DNA of 64,000 nt from an uncultured delta proteobacterium (GTDB lineage Bacteria; Desulfobacterota; RBG-13-43-22), in contig CAVUPH010000025.1 of NCBI GenBank assembly GCA_963743305.1, positions 1-64,000 on the forward strand, given 5' to 3'. The translations under genes were made by a program, and so were the position numbers. Position 1 is the first letter of the stretch; each line of letters begins with the position of its first letter. The notes under the pieces were generated by a model. That model was not told the origin of the DNA. It was given only the letters and a program-made list of their open reading frames with translations, and did not search any database. This document shows, piece after piece, positions 29,276 through 38,518 of this stretch.

Positions 29276-30629
29276 ATGAAGTTTGGCATCACCCAACGCC
29301 TGTTTCTTTCCATCCTGGGGGCGGCCGCTCTGGCCATCCTGACCCTGTTCCTGGTCATGCAGTGGAACCTCGACCGGGGGTTTCATCAGTACCTTAAGGA
29401 AACGGACCAGAGCAGGATGGGGGAGTTGATCGACGATTTAGGTCGTCGTTATGAGAAACAGGGAAACTGGGATTTTCTTCGAAACGATCCTTCGCCGGGA
29501 AAGCCGCCGCCGGCGTTTGACCCTCATAAACCTAAGGGGGGTCCACTCGTCGTCTTGAACGAGGACCGAAAAACGGTGTTCGGCTTTCAACCTCCGGACG
29601 AGAAAATCGATTTTCGTCCCATTACGGTCCGCGATCGGACCGTGGGTTACGCGGGAATGTTGTCCCCGAAACATTTTCTGCACCCCATGCAGTCGCAGTT
29701 TCTCAGGGAGCAACGTCTGGCCCTGGCGGCGGCCGCGGCCTGTCTGGTCCTGATCGTGGCCCTCCTCTCCATCCCTTTGGCCCGGCGTTTGGTACGTCCC
29801 ATCAAGGCCTTGGCGGCCGCCACCCGGGACATTGCCTCCGGCCATTATGCCACGCGTATTGCGGTCAGGTCTTCGGATGAACTGGGCCGTCTGGCCGGCG
29901 ACTTCAACGAAATGTCCCGGATCCTGGAAAAAAATGAAAAGGCCCGCCGGGAATGGATTGCAGACATCTCCCATGAACTGCGGACGCCCGTGGCCATAAT
30001 GCGCGGTGAGATCGAAGCCCTCCTTGATGGAATCCGGAAGATTACACCGGAGCGGATCAGCTCCCTGCACGGGGAAACCATACGTTTACATCGTCTGGTG
30101 GAAGACCTCTACCAGCTTTCCCTTTCCGACCTGGGGGCCTTGACCTACCGGAAAGAGCCGCTCGATCCGGCCGAGCTTCTCCAGAGGGTCGTCGAAACAT
30201 ACCGTCCGGCCTTCCAGGAAAAGGGGCTCGGGTTCTCCCTTCATCTATCCACAACCCAAAAACAACCCATGGTCTTCGGAGACGGGGAGCGGCTGTTCCA
30301 GCTTTTTGCCAACCTGGCTGAAAATTCCCTGCGCTTCACCGATCCCGGGGGGGAATTGCGGATTACCTTGTCATCCGGCGGACGGTCGGATCACTATTGA
30401 ATTTCAGGATTCCCCGCCCGGGGTTCCCGAGGCGGCACTGGACCGGCTGTTCGACCGGCTCTATCGAGTGGAAGGATCGCGCAGCCGGGCGTCAGGCGGG
30501 GCCGGCCTCGGCCTGGCCATTTGTAAAAATATCGTCGAGGCCCATTCCGGGACGATCAGCGCCCATTCCTCCCCACTGGGCGGGCTGTTGATTCGGGTCA
30601 GCCTGCCGGTGTTCGGAGGCCGTTCATGA
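29276..30629 (+). CDS. baeS: BaeS-like HAMP sensor kinase, one frameshift near 30385
   Basis: Two TM, HAMP (DELGRLA.DFN), ADISHELRTP, NSLRFTD.GG, then DSPPGV...LYRVE.SRSR.SGGAGLGL in the next frame. Confidence 0.85.
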
Positions 30630-31309
30630 AAGGCGCCATTCTGATTGTAGAGGATGAACCGAAGCTGGCGGCCCTGCTGGCCGATTACCTGAAGGCCTCC
30701 GCTTTTGAAACCTTTGTTTTAACTGAGGGGACGGGCGTGGCGCCCTGGCTTCGGGAACACCCGGTCGACCTGGTCCTGCTGGACATTATGCTGCCGGGAC
30801 GGGACGGCCTGGAGGTCTGTCGGGAAATTCGGACCTTCTCCCAGGTGCCCATCATCATGGTCACCGCCCGGGTGGAGGAGATTGACCGGATACTGGGGCT
30901 GGAGCTGGGGGCCGACGACTACATCTGCAAGCCCTTCAGCCCCCGGGAGGTGGTGGCCCGGGTCAAGGCGGTCCTGCGGCGCACCCGCGGCGAAACGGCG
31001 GCATCGGACCCGGACTTGGTTCTCGATGACGCCACCTACCAGGCCCGGCTCCGGGGTCGGGATCTGGAACTGACCGCGGTGGAATTCAAGCTGCTGCAAT
31101 TGCTCGCTGCAAAACCGGGACGGATCTACGGTCGGGAACAGATCATGGCCCGCATCTATCCGGACGACCGCTTCGTCAACGACCGCACCGTCGACAGCCA
31201 CATCAAGAAATTGCGCCGGAAAATCCAGGCCGTTGATCCCCACACCGACCTGATTTACTCGGTGTATGGTGTAGGGTACAAGTTTGAACCCGCCAGCAAG
31301 GATCGTTGA
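30626..31309 (+). CDS. baeR: BaeR-like OmpR-family response regulator
   Basis: VEDEPKLA.LL.DYL, LDIMLPG.DG, GADDYICKPFSPREV, RTVDSHIKKLR, SVYGVGY. Confidence 0.88.
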   Translation: MKGAILIVEDEPKLAALLADYLKASAFETFVLTEGTGVAPWLREHPVDLVLLDIMLPGRDGLEVCREIRTFSQVPIIMVTARVEEIDRILGLELGADDYICKPFSPREVVARVKAVLRRTRGETAASDPDLVLDDATYQARLRGRDLELTAVEFKLLQLLAAKPGRIYGREQIMARIYPDDRFVNDRTVDSHIKKLRRKIQAVDPHTDLIYSVYGVGYKFEPASKDR

Positions 31310-31331
31310 CCAGCCCTTTTTTTCTTAATCA

Positions 31332-31825
31332 TTAGACGATCCCGTCCTGACGCAGTTTGAACGCCAGAATCCGACCTTTCTCCTGGGCGGATTCGCCCTC
31401 AATAAAGAAAGAGTTCCTGGCCCTGGAAGGTGGAGGGAACAATTCACGGATAGTGATCTTTTTCAGTCCCCCGGGATCAATTCCCAAATCGGCGGCCTTC
31501 CAAATAGTTACCGGTTTCTTCCGGGTCTCCTGGATGGCCCTCAGCGTCGGCCGCCGGAGTTCACCCGCTTCGCTGCTCACGGTGACCAGGGCCGGCAGAG
31601 CGGCCGCAACCACTTCATAGCCAATGCGCTTCAGCTTCTCTACCTTGATCTTATTCCCTTGAAGCTCCACGGCCTGAACCAGATTGACGGCCGGTATGTT
31701 AAGGATCTCGGCCAAAACCAATCCCACCTGGCCGAATTCCCAGTCCGCTGCCGGCCGATCAGGACCAGGTCATAGGCGCCCTTTTTTGATGGCGGCACAA
31801 AGCACCTGGGCCGTGGATAGGCTTG
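31332..31825 (-). pseudogene. etfB: 3' fragment of electron transfer flavoprotein beta subunit
   Basis: STAQVL.AAI...YDLVLIGRQ...GQVG.VLAEIL.IP, LPALVTV...LR.PTL; 5' half and etfA absent. Confidence 0.8.
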
Positions 31826-32258
31826 TCAAATCCAGAAAATATTGAGGATATCTGCATCCGTAACGCCGGCACCATGATCTCTGACAGTGATTTCAGCATA
31901 CGGCGAGGCATTGATTAACCTTTTTTTCAGACAAATTTCGACACGGGTCGACTCAAACGTAAATTGGATGGCATTACGGACAATATTTTCGATAGCCTGA
32001 CGCAGCAATGCTTCGTTGCCCTGGACGACACACGCGTCGAGGTTCAACAGCTTAACACTCCGGTTGTTTCCCCGAGCTTCAAATTCTCCATCCGCGGATA
32101 TCTCCTCAACCAGGGTCGCGAGTCCGACGGATTTCATCTGAACCCTTTCAACCCCGGATTCAAGGCGGGTCGGCATCAGCACATGGCCAATCAATTCATT
32201 CAAAGACTGAGCTTCCTGTTCGATCCTTGTCAATGCGTTTTGGCTGATCTGGCCATCC
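31826..32258 (-). pseudogene. Internal fragment of a CpxA-like histidine kinase
   Basis: RIEQEA..LNELIG.VL...RLE, LLRQAIENIVRNA, TVRDHGAGV....L.NIF, then truncated. Confidence 0.8.
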
Positions 32259-32259
32259 T

Positions 32260-32676
32260 TTAACGTCCAGACGCAATGTGGCTTTTGCTGCTGGTGGCCT
32301 CCCCGCCTGATTGGGAAGTGGAAATAGGCGGCCGTGGAAGCAAAGAGCCGACCAAACCAGCAGAAGGCTTCTTTTCTTCCTGGACTGGCGGGGTGAAGCG
32401 CAGCGCGGTGCTCGGTACCAGAATGGCATTTTCGACTTTCTTGACGGTGATCTCTGCGGTGGCTGTCATACCAGGCCGTAGGGATAGATCCGAGTTGTTG
32501 ACTTTCAGCACGGTTTCGTAGGTCACAACCCCTGACGTCGTTGAAGAGCCAAAACGGGCTTGGGTGATTCGTGCCTCAAAAGTTCCATTCGGATAGGCAG
32601 CGACGCTGAAGGTGGCTTCTTGGCCTTCGCGCACATTACCTATATCGGCCTCGTCCACATTCATGTGCAGTTCCAT
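32260..32676 (-). pseudogene. Fragment of a second macA paralogue
   Basis: MELHMNVDEADIG.VREGQEA.F.V..YP..TFEARITQ.RFGSSTTSGVVTYETVLKVNN.DL.LRPGMTATA matches the C-terminal part of 26411-27712. Confidence 0.9.
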
Positions 32677-32862
32677 TGGATGGCTATTTTTCAGGTACCT
32701 GGGCCAGTGATTCCCATCCACCACCCAGGGCTTTGATCTAAAACTGGCGGAATCCATGTTTACTTAGGGTCCATTTCCTGAATCCTAACCTCATCTCTCT
32801 CCCAGTTCCCATGGCGAAGCCTAGCCAAACATATTTGAAGACTTTTTTCATTTGTCCAACGA

Positions 32863-33495
32863 TCATCTATCAAATTTTCCATCAGGCCTCTCTCTTGTCC
32901 TGGGCCCCGTTTTCTGTTTCTCTTGGAGTTTTTTTCTCTGGTCCGGCGTTAATTTTGTCTTGAGTTCTTCCACGGCCAGGATGAGGGAAAGCTGCATTTC
33001 CGCTCTTAGGTTCTCTATCCGTCTAATTTTTGTCTCCGCCGCCTTTATATTTACCGGATCTTTCTCGAGAAGGTTCTTCAATTCTAACCCGGTAATCTGT
33101 TCATCGGTCCTCTTCCTGATCACCTCTTCCGTCAACCTGTTCCTCAACTCTTGTATATCCCCTTTCTGCTTTTCATCAAGACTGAGTTCCCTAAGGTATC
33201 GCCAAATGGGATGCTCGGAATCCATCATCATCTCGAGCATCTTTCCATCGCTCGGCTGGCCGGCAGGGGCGGACATTGTTCCAGGATGTTCCCGGCCGCC
33301 CATCCTTTCGGAACCCATCGATGGGGGCATCCTACCGCCCATTTGGGCTGAAACATTTCCTGCCCAAAGACCCATAAAAAAGAGGAAAGCCAAATCTATT
33401 AATAGGACTAAAAGGACTGTTGCCATAAATGATTTGGACATTATTCCCCTTCCCTCATTTTTAGAATCGTTGATTTGGAACCTGTTGTTTTTCAT
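32863..33495 (-). CDS. Spy/CpxP-family periplasmic protein
   Basis: Hydrophobic leader, Met/Gly-rich linker, LSLDEKQK and LTPDQRKKL motifs; start uncertain (33495 or about 33441). Confidence 0.8.
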   Translation of the reverse strand: MKNNRFQINDSKNEGRGIMSKSFMATVLLVLLIDLAFLFFMGLWAGNVSAQMGGRMPPSMGSERMGGREHPGTMSAPAGQPSDGKMLEMMMDSEHPIWRYLRELSLDEKQKGDIQELRNRLTEEVIRKRTDEQITGLELKNLLEKDPVNIKAAETKIRRIENLRAEMQLSLILAVEELKTKLTPDQRKKLQEKQKTGPRTRERPDGKFDR

Positions 33496-33776
33496 CGCAG
33501 ACCTCCACCTCATAGTTTCTGATCGATGCCTCCGGGAATATCGAATTCATCGAGTCCAGAAATAACAGACAAATATGGCAAAAACATGGAAGGAAAAAGG
33601 AAATGCGGAGGAATACTGAACAGAGTAACGTTTAATAAATAGAGGGGGGATGAAAATGAAGGCGGGGAGAGAAATATACTCAACTCTCTCCCGCGCCTCC
33701 GTCGATGAGCGCTATGGCCAGAAAGCGTCTTGATCAACGATGTTGACCAGCCTTGCTCTCTAACTTTCCTGGCCTA

Positions 33777-34541
33777 TCAGGCGCTCACATTAAGCAGGGA
33801 ACTGCCTCCACCGTTTTTTAAGTTTTCAATCAGTTGAGATAAAAAGGAGTTGATTGAATTGCTATCTCCGGTGGAGCTTGATCCGCCGCTGTTAGACAGA
33901 TTCTTGAGCAAATCCACCAGGCTCTCCATCTTAAAGTCCTCCTGGCCCTTTCCGTAGGTCGAGGTGGCTTGCGACATTTGGCCCGGCGGTGAAGGGGCAT
34001 TCTCCTTCATAAAGGCCTTCATCTCATCGCTGCTCAAGGACCCGTCCTCGTTGGTGTCATATTTGGAGAAAGCCTCCTCCAAATCGATGGAGTCTCCGGT
34101 ATGCTCCTTTACTTTATTGGCAAAGCCGGTAAACTCCGTTTTATCAATTCCGCCGCTGCCGTTACCGTCTACCTTGCTGAATAGGTCGTCCTGAGCTTGC
34201 TGTAGGAACTGGGCGTTCATGGAGGACATTCCGCCGCCCATACCGTCCGGCGGAGGAGGAGCGTTGTCCTTCATGAACGATTTCATCTCATCGCTGCTCA
34301 AGGAGCCGTCGTTGTTGGTGTCATAGGTTTTGAAAGCATCATCCCCATTGATGGAGTTTCCGCTAAGTTTCGACAAGTTCTTAGCAATGTCGGAAAACTC
34401 CGTTTTGTCTATTCCGCCGCTACCATCACTGTCCATTTTGCTGAATAGATCCTTCTGAATCTGCTGCATGGACTGGGTATCCATCTGGTACATGGAACCG
34501 TAACCACCCAGGCCATTGAGACTTCCAATGCTGCTGGACAT
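33777..34541 (-). CDS. EF-hand calcium-binding protein 2
   Basis: DSDGSGGIDKTE, DTNNDGSLSSDE, DGNGSGGIDKTE, DTNEDGSLSSDE; two-unit repeat; RBS AGGAGG. Confidence 0.9.
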   Translation of the reverse strand: MSSSIGSLNGLGGYGSMYQMDTQSMQQIQKDLFSKMDSDGSGGIDKTEFSDIAKNLSKLSGNSINGDDAFKTYDTNNDGSLSSDEMKSFMKDNAPPPPDGMGGGMSSMNAQFLQQAQDDLFSKVDGNGSGGIDKTEFTGFANKVKEHTGDSIDLEEAFSKYDTNEDGSLSSDEMKAFMKENAPSPPGQMSQATSTYGKGQEDFKMESLVDLLKNLSNSGGSSSTGDSNSINSFLSQLIENLKNGGGSSLLNVSA

Positions 34542-34682
34542 ACATAACCTCCTTTTCAATGTTGGTTCGTGGTTAACAACAATCTCGCCTCTAACCGGGT
34601 AATCCTTTCTCTCAATGATAGTATTTTAATAATCACCCCCCTTATCGCCGATCGGACATTGGAATTCATACAGGGGGGATAA

Positions 34683-34698
34683 AGCAACCCCAGTGCCA
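34683..34698 (-). promoter_or_regulatory. Sigma54 promoter of EF-hand gene 2
   Basis: Minus strand TGGCAC-TGGGG-TTGCT, conserved GG and GC with correct spacing. Confidence 0.8.
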
Positions 34699-35262
34699 GA
34701 TTAAGTTTCTCAGTTTCGATACGTTACGTCCGAAAACCATTTTTTCGACGTTCTTCCCCGCTTCCGTTCAGTGAATAATTTGATCGCCAGCTTCGAAAAC
34801 AGGGAGTCCCCGTTTTCGATTTGATTTTGGGGAGGGGCGTTTTTTGATTTCGCCCTCCCTGGGCTTTGCTCTTGGCAAAGACGGACCCAAACATTTTTTC
34901 AATTCCTTCATGAAGTAACTTATTTGAAATATGGTTTGGCCTGGAAATGCGACCTATCGGCTTAAAAATTCCCGATAGGGTCGGGAAATTATTTCCCAGG
35001 GGGAATATTTTTTCCTTCCCATCTATTGGATCTCCATAGCCGGAAACCTGCTGGTCTACTCGGGATAACGGTCAAAAAGGACAAAAATGAGGAAGAAATA
35101 AGGAAATTTACTGCGTCCGCACAGGGAAAGAGCTTATTCCTTGCATTGCCATTGGGAATAAATATGATGGTAGGATCATGGATCATGGCCTTAAAAGATA
35201 ATCATGAAGCTCACTATTAGGTGCCGGCTGTTTCTCTCTATTCTCGCCGCAACGTGCGTGGC

Positions 35263-35438
35263 CCCTTCGGTCAAAAAGGCGGCGATCGACACATGGGTGA
35301 CAAAGACGACTCTCACGATATCCGGCTGAATACATCTTCTTTGGTGATGACCCCGGCCGCTTTGGCCTTTTTAGCCATCTTTTTCTTGAGCCGCCGGAAT
35401 CGGGCCTCCCAAAGAAATTGGCCCAAGGATTCCTTTTG
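35263..35438 (-). pseudogene. TA remnant: antitoxin C-terminus plus PIN toxin N-terminus
   Basis: KESLGQFLWEARFRRLKKKMAKKAKAAGVITKEDVFSRIS* overlapping (GTGA) MRVVFVTHVSIAAFLTEG, a decayed MRVVFDTNV. Confidence 0.72.
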
Positions 35439-35462
35439 AATACTATTCCTATAATTATCATA

Positions 35463-35491
35463 TTGACTTACATTATACCATAATGTAAGAT
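35463..35491 (+). promoter_or_regulatory. Sigma70 promoter and operator of abrB-vapC
   Basis: TTGACT-17-TAAGAT overlapped by the IR CTTACATTA-N5-TAATGTAAG. Confidence 0.75.
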
Positions 35492-35520
35492 ATTATGCAA
35501 AAAGGAGGATTGATGAAGCT

Positions 35521-35784
35521 ATGGAAGAAGCCACCATGACCAGTAAGGGGCAGATCGTGGTCCCGGCCAAATTAAGAAAGCGTTACGGCCTCAGACCGGG
35601 CGTAAAGGTATATTTTATTGAACGAAATGATGAAATTCTATTTCAGCCGCTGACCAAAGAGACTATCCGGAGCGTCCACGGCCTCTTGGCCAGCGAAACT
35701 TCGGTAACGAAAGAACTCCTTCAGGAACGGGCCAAAGACCGGGAACACGAGGAGGCCAAACTTGGAAAACGCCGTACTCGATAG
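35521..35784 (+). CDS. AbrB/MazE/SpoVT antitoxin
   Basis: MTSKGQIVVPAKLRKRYGL.PG.KV.F. Confidence 0.9.
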   Translation: MEEATMTSKGQIVVPAKLRKRYGLRPGVKVYFIERNDEILFQPLTKETIRSVHGLLASETSVTKELLQERAKDREHEEAKLGKRRTR

Positions 35785-36160
35785 CTACGCCGTTCTGGCC
35801 TTCCTTTTTAAAGAAAAGGGCCACGAAATCGTGCTCGACCTACTGGAAAAGGCCATGGAGTCGGATAATAAACTCCTGATCGCCGCGCCCAATTGGGCGG
35901 AAGTCCGCTATATGGTCGAACGAAAAGCAGGGTCCGACCGCTGGGCGGAGGTAAGAGACAAGCTGCTCGGATTACCCATCGAAATCATTGACGCGGACCG
36001 GAAACTGGCTGAGGCGGCCGGAGAGATAAAAGCCTTTCACCAGATGTCACTGGCCGATTGTTTTGCCGCGGCGCTGGCCAGGTTGAAGAAGGCGGAAATT
36101 TATACCGGCGACCCGGAATTCAAGGCCATTGAGGCCGAGCAGAAAATAGTCTGGCTTTAG
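35762..36160 (+). CDS. vapC: VapC PIN toxin
   Basis: VLDSYAVLA, NWAEV.Y, SLADCFAAALA, TGDPEF. Confidence 0.9.
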   Translation: MENAVLDSYAVLAFLFKEKGHEIVLDLLEKAMESDNKLLIAAPNWAEVRYMVERKAGSDRWAEVRDKLLGLPIEIIDADRKLAEAAGEIKAFHQMSLADCFAAALARLKKAEIYTGDPEFKAIEAEQKIVWL

Positions 36161-36299
36161 GGATTCCGAAAAGGAGGAAAGGATCTCCGACCCTGGATTT
36201 CCGGCTATGGCAGGCTCTTACTCCGGAGCTGTGAAATGGGGCTTGACATGCATCCCATGTGATAAATATGATTATATATCATCGAGGAAGGGAACAGCT

Positions 36300-36527
36300 A
36301 TGGGTTCCACGAGGACGATTATTACTATTTCCGAGGAGGAAAAGCGGTGGCTTAAGAGTTACAGTCAAATGCATCGTGTTTCTTTGGCCGAGGCTATTCG
36401 TCAAGGGATTACCTGCCTGAAATCCGCGGAAGGGGAAAAAGCCTATCAATCCCTGGTCGAGGAAACAAAGGGTCTTTGGAGCCGTGGAGACGGATTGGAT
36501 TATCAAAAACGCCTGCGATCCGAATGA
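36300..36527 (+). CDS. Orphan CopG/RHH antitoxin
   Basis: RTIITISEEEKRWL...SLAEAIRQGI...TKGLW..GDGLDYQ.RLRSE; no PIN gene follows. Confidence 0.78.
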   Translation: MGSTRTIITISEEEKRWLKSYSQMHRVSLAEAIRQGITCLKSAEGEKAYQSLVEETKGLWSRGDGLDYQKRLRSE

Positions 36528-36772
36528 GAGAAATTGAAATTTCAGAAGAGCCCATCGAGCTCTATAAAATCTTGAAGTTCGAAAATTGGGTCGCCAGCGG
36601 CGGTGAAGCGAAACAGGTGATTTCTGAAGGCCACGTTAGGGTAAATGGAAGGGTCGAAACCAGAAAGCGAAAGAAGATCTTTTCAGGCGATGTGGTTGAA
36701 TTTGGAAAAGATATCATTCGAATAAAGGTGAGCGGCGCGCGTCGTCCGGTTGGATCGGGAACAGGCGGTTGA
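36524..36772 (+). CDS. S4-domain RNA-binding protein (YbcJ/YaaA family)
   Basis: PIELYKILK....ASGGEAK.VI.EG.V.VNG.VETRKRKKI..GDVV. Confidence 0.9.
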   Translation: MREIEISEEPIELYKILKFENWVASGGEAKQVISEGHVRVNGRVETRKRKKIFSGDVVEFGKDIIRIKVSGARRPVGSGTGG

Positions 36773-36923
36773 CTCTATTCTCCCGGGGGAACCCTGAAAT
36801 GGGTCGGGTCAGGATAAGAACTTGACCCGGATTGGAATACCAATGGATCCATAGCCAAAATTGGAGCAATAATTAATTTTTTAGAGATCTAAGAATGTTA
36901 GGCGAAAAATATTATCTATATCT

Positions 36924-37115
36924 ATAGCTTTACTAATAAACATAAACGCTAATTTCAAAAACCGCCGGGTCAAATGGGAGCGGCTGGAGTTCAAGTAAGA
37001 CATGAACCATCAGCCCATTTTCCATACTCAGCACGCCTTTGACAATGATTTTCATAATTGGGGAGGTGGATACATCTTCATCGGAATCGGGGACAAACAG
37101 GGACGCCCAGGTCCG
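36924..37115 (+). pseudogene. Decayed N-terminus of an AlbA_2 (Schlafen-like) domain protein
   Basis: Hand translation ALLININ...VKWERLEFK*DMN...[26 protein letters not shown]; internal stop, lost start. Confidence 0.78.
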
Positions 37116-37247
37116 GCTTGTCCAGGCAGAATAATAGTCTGCCCCGTTGTTCACCGGGTAGAATAATTATGAATCGTATGATATATGTATAGATAACTAA
37201 TCATTGTACCAGGCATTTTGCAAATAATTACTACTGGAGGTTAAGGA

Positions 37248-37478
37248 ATGGAGTTCAAACGAATTACGGTGAATGCGGAGCAAATGGGGGGCATACCTTG
37301 CCTTCGAGGACTTCGGATTCCCGTGGCTACCGTGGTAGGGATGGTGGCAGACGGCATGAGGGAAGAAGAAATACTGAAAGATTTTCCTGACTTAGAGCCT
37401 GAGGATATCAAGGAAGCTTTGCAATACGCTGCGGAAACCGTTCGTGAACGCGAACTACCGCTTTTGCTGGCGTCGTGA
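37248..37478 (+). CDS. DUF433-family antitoxin
   Basis: RITVN..QMGGIPCLRGLRIPVATV...EEILKDFPDLEPEDI.EAL.YAA. Confidence 0.92.
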   Translation: MEFKRITVNAEQMGGIPCLRGLRIPVATVVGMVADGMREEEILKDFPDLEPEDIKEALQYAAETVRERELPLLLAS

Positions 37479-37505
37479 GATTTTTGATCGACAACGCCCT
37501 TTACC
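37475..37505 (+). pseudogene. Stub of the cognate DUF5615 PIN-like toxin
   Basis: GTGA overlap then MRFLIDNAL, lost after about 9 codons. Confidence 0.7.
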
Positions 37506-37565
37506 GACCTTACAGAAACCCAACCTACTGTCAACCCTGCCCTTGACCTAAAATAGCCCTTTTAA

Positions 37566-38518
37566 TCAATGTCTTGGCAATGACGATCTTGTAAGCGTTC
37601 CGGCTGAGAGGCCGGGCCCCGGCCAAGGCCAGTTCGGAGGCCTGCAGGGCCGTCTCTTCATTGAGGATCCGACCCGATAAAAACGCCTCGGCGCTTTTGG
37701 CCCGGACCGGACCGGGAGCCAGGGCGCCAAGGGCCAGTCGGGCGCTCCTGGCACATCCCGTGGTCCTCAGTGATCACCACCGCCAGGCTGACGATGGCAA
37801 AATCAATGGGCCGACGGAGCGTAAACTTAAAAAAATGCTGTTTTGTCGAATGGTTAATTACTGGAATCTCGATTTCGCTTAAGATCTCATTCCACTTAAT
37901 CCCGAGGCCGAGGGGGTTATAAAAATCGTTTAGCGCCATTTTTCGTTGGCCCTCAGGACCGGCAATGACGAGTTGCGCATCGAGGGCCGCCAGGGCTACG
38001 GCGGTATCCGACGGGCAGACGGCGAAGCACTTCTTTCCCCCCAGGACGGCATGGTAGCGGTTATCGCCCTTGATGGCCAGGCAGGGGCCTTTCCCCTTGC
38101 GGGCACAGGAAAGGGCGCCCCCCAGGTGATTCGGGTAACGGTAATACCAGCAGCGCACCTCCTGGCAGAGGTTCCCGCCCAGGGTGGCGACGTTCCGGAT
38201 CTGAGGGGAGGCCACGGAATGGGCCGCTTCGGCCAGGACCCCATAGCGCTCCCGGAGTGAGTGGAGACCCGGCGATATCCTTGAGCCGGGTCAGAGCCCC
38301 GATCTGTCAGCCGCCCGTTCTCTTCGCGGATAGCAGTCCAGGCCGACGATGGTCTTGATATCGATCACTGCCTGGGGATACCCGGGCAGGATCTCGTCTT
38401 TCAGAACCCCCAGCAGGTCCGTTCCCCCGGCGTTGACCCGGGCTTTGCCCCGAAATTTGGTCAGCAGGGCCATCGCCTCTTCGAGGGTTTCGGCCTGGAA
38501 GTGTTGAAAGGACCTCAT
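37566..38518 (-). CDS. Mo hydroxylase FAD subunit with 4Fe-4S insert (PaoB/HcrB-type), several frameshifts
   Basis: AGGTDLL, ASPQIRNVATLGGNLCQEVRCWYYR...C.RKG...C.A..GDNRYHA.LG...C.AV.PSD, NAYKI. Confidence 0.85.

Noticed and set aside
35180-37560. Integron or CALIN explanation for the TA cluster
   Set aside because: No intI and no repeated RYYYAAC...GTTRRRY attC structures recognised between the modules.
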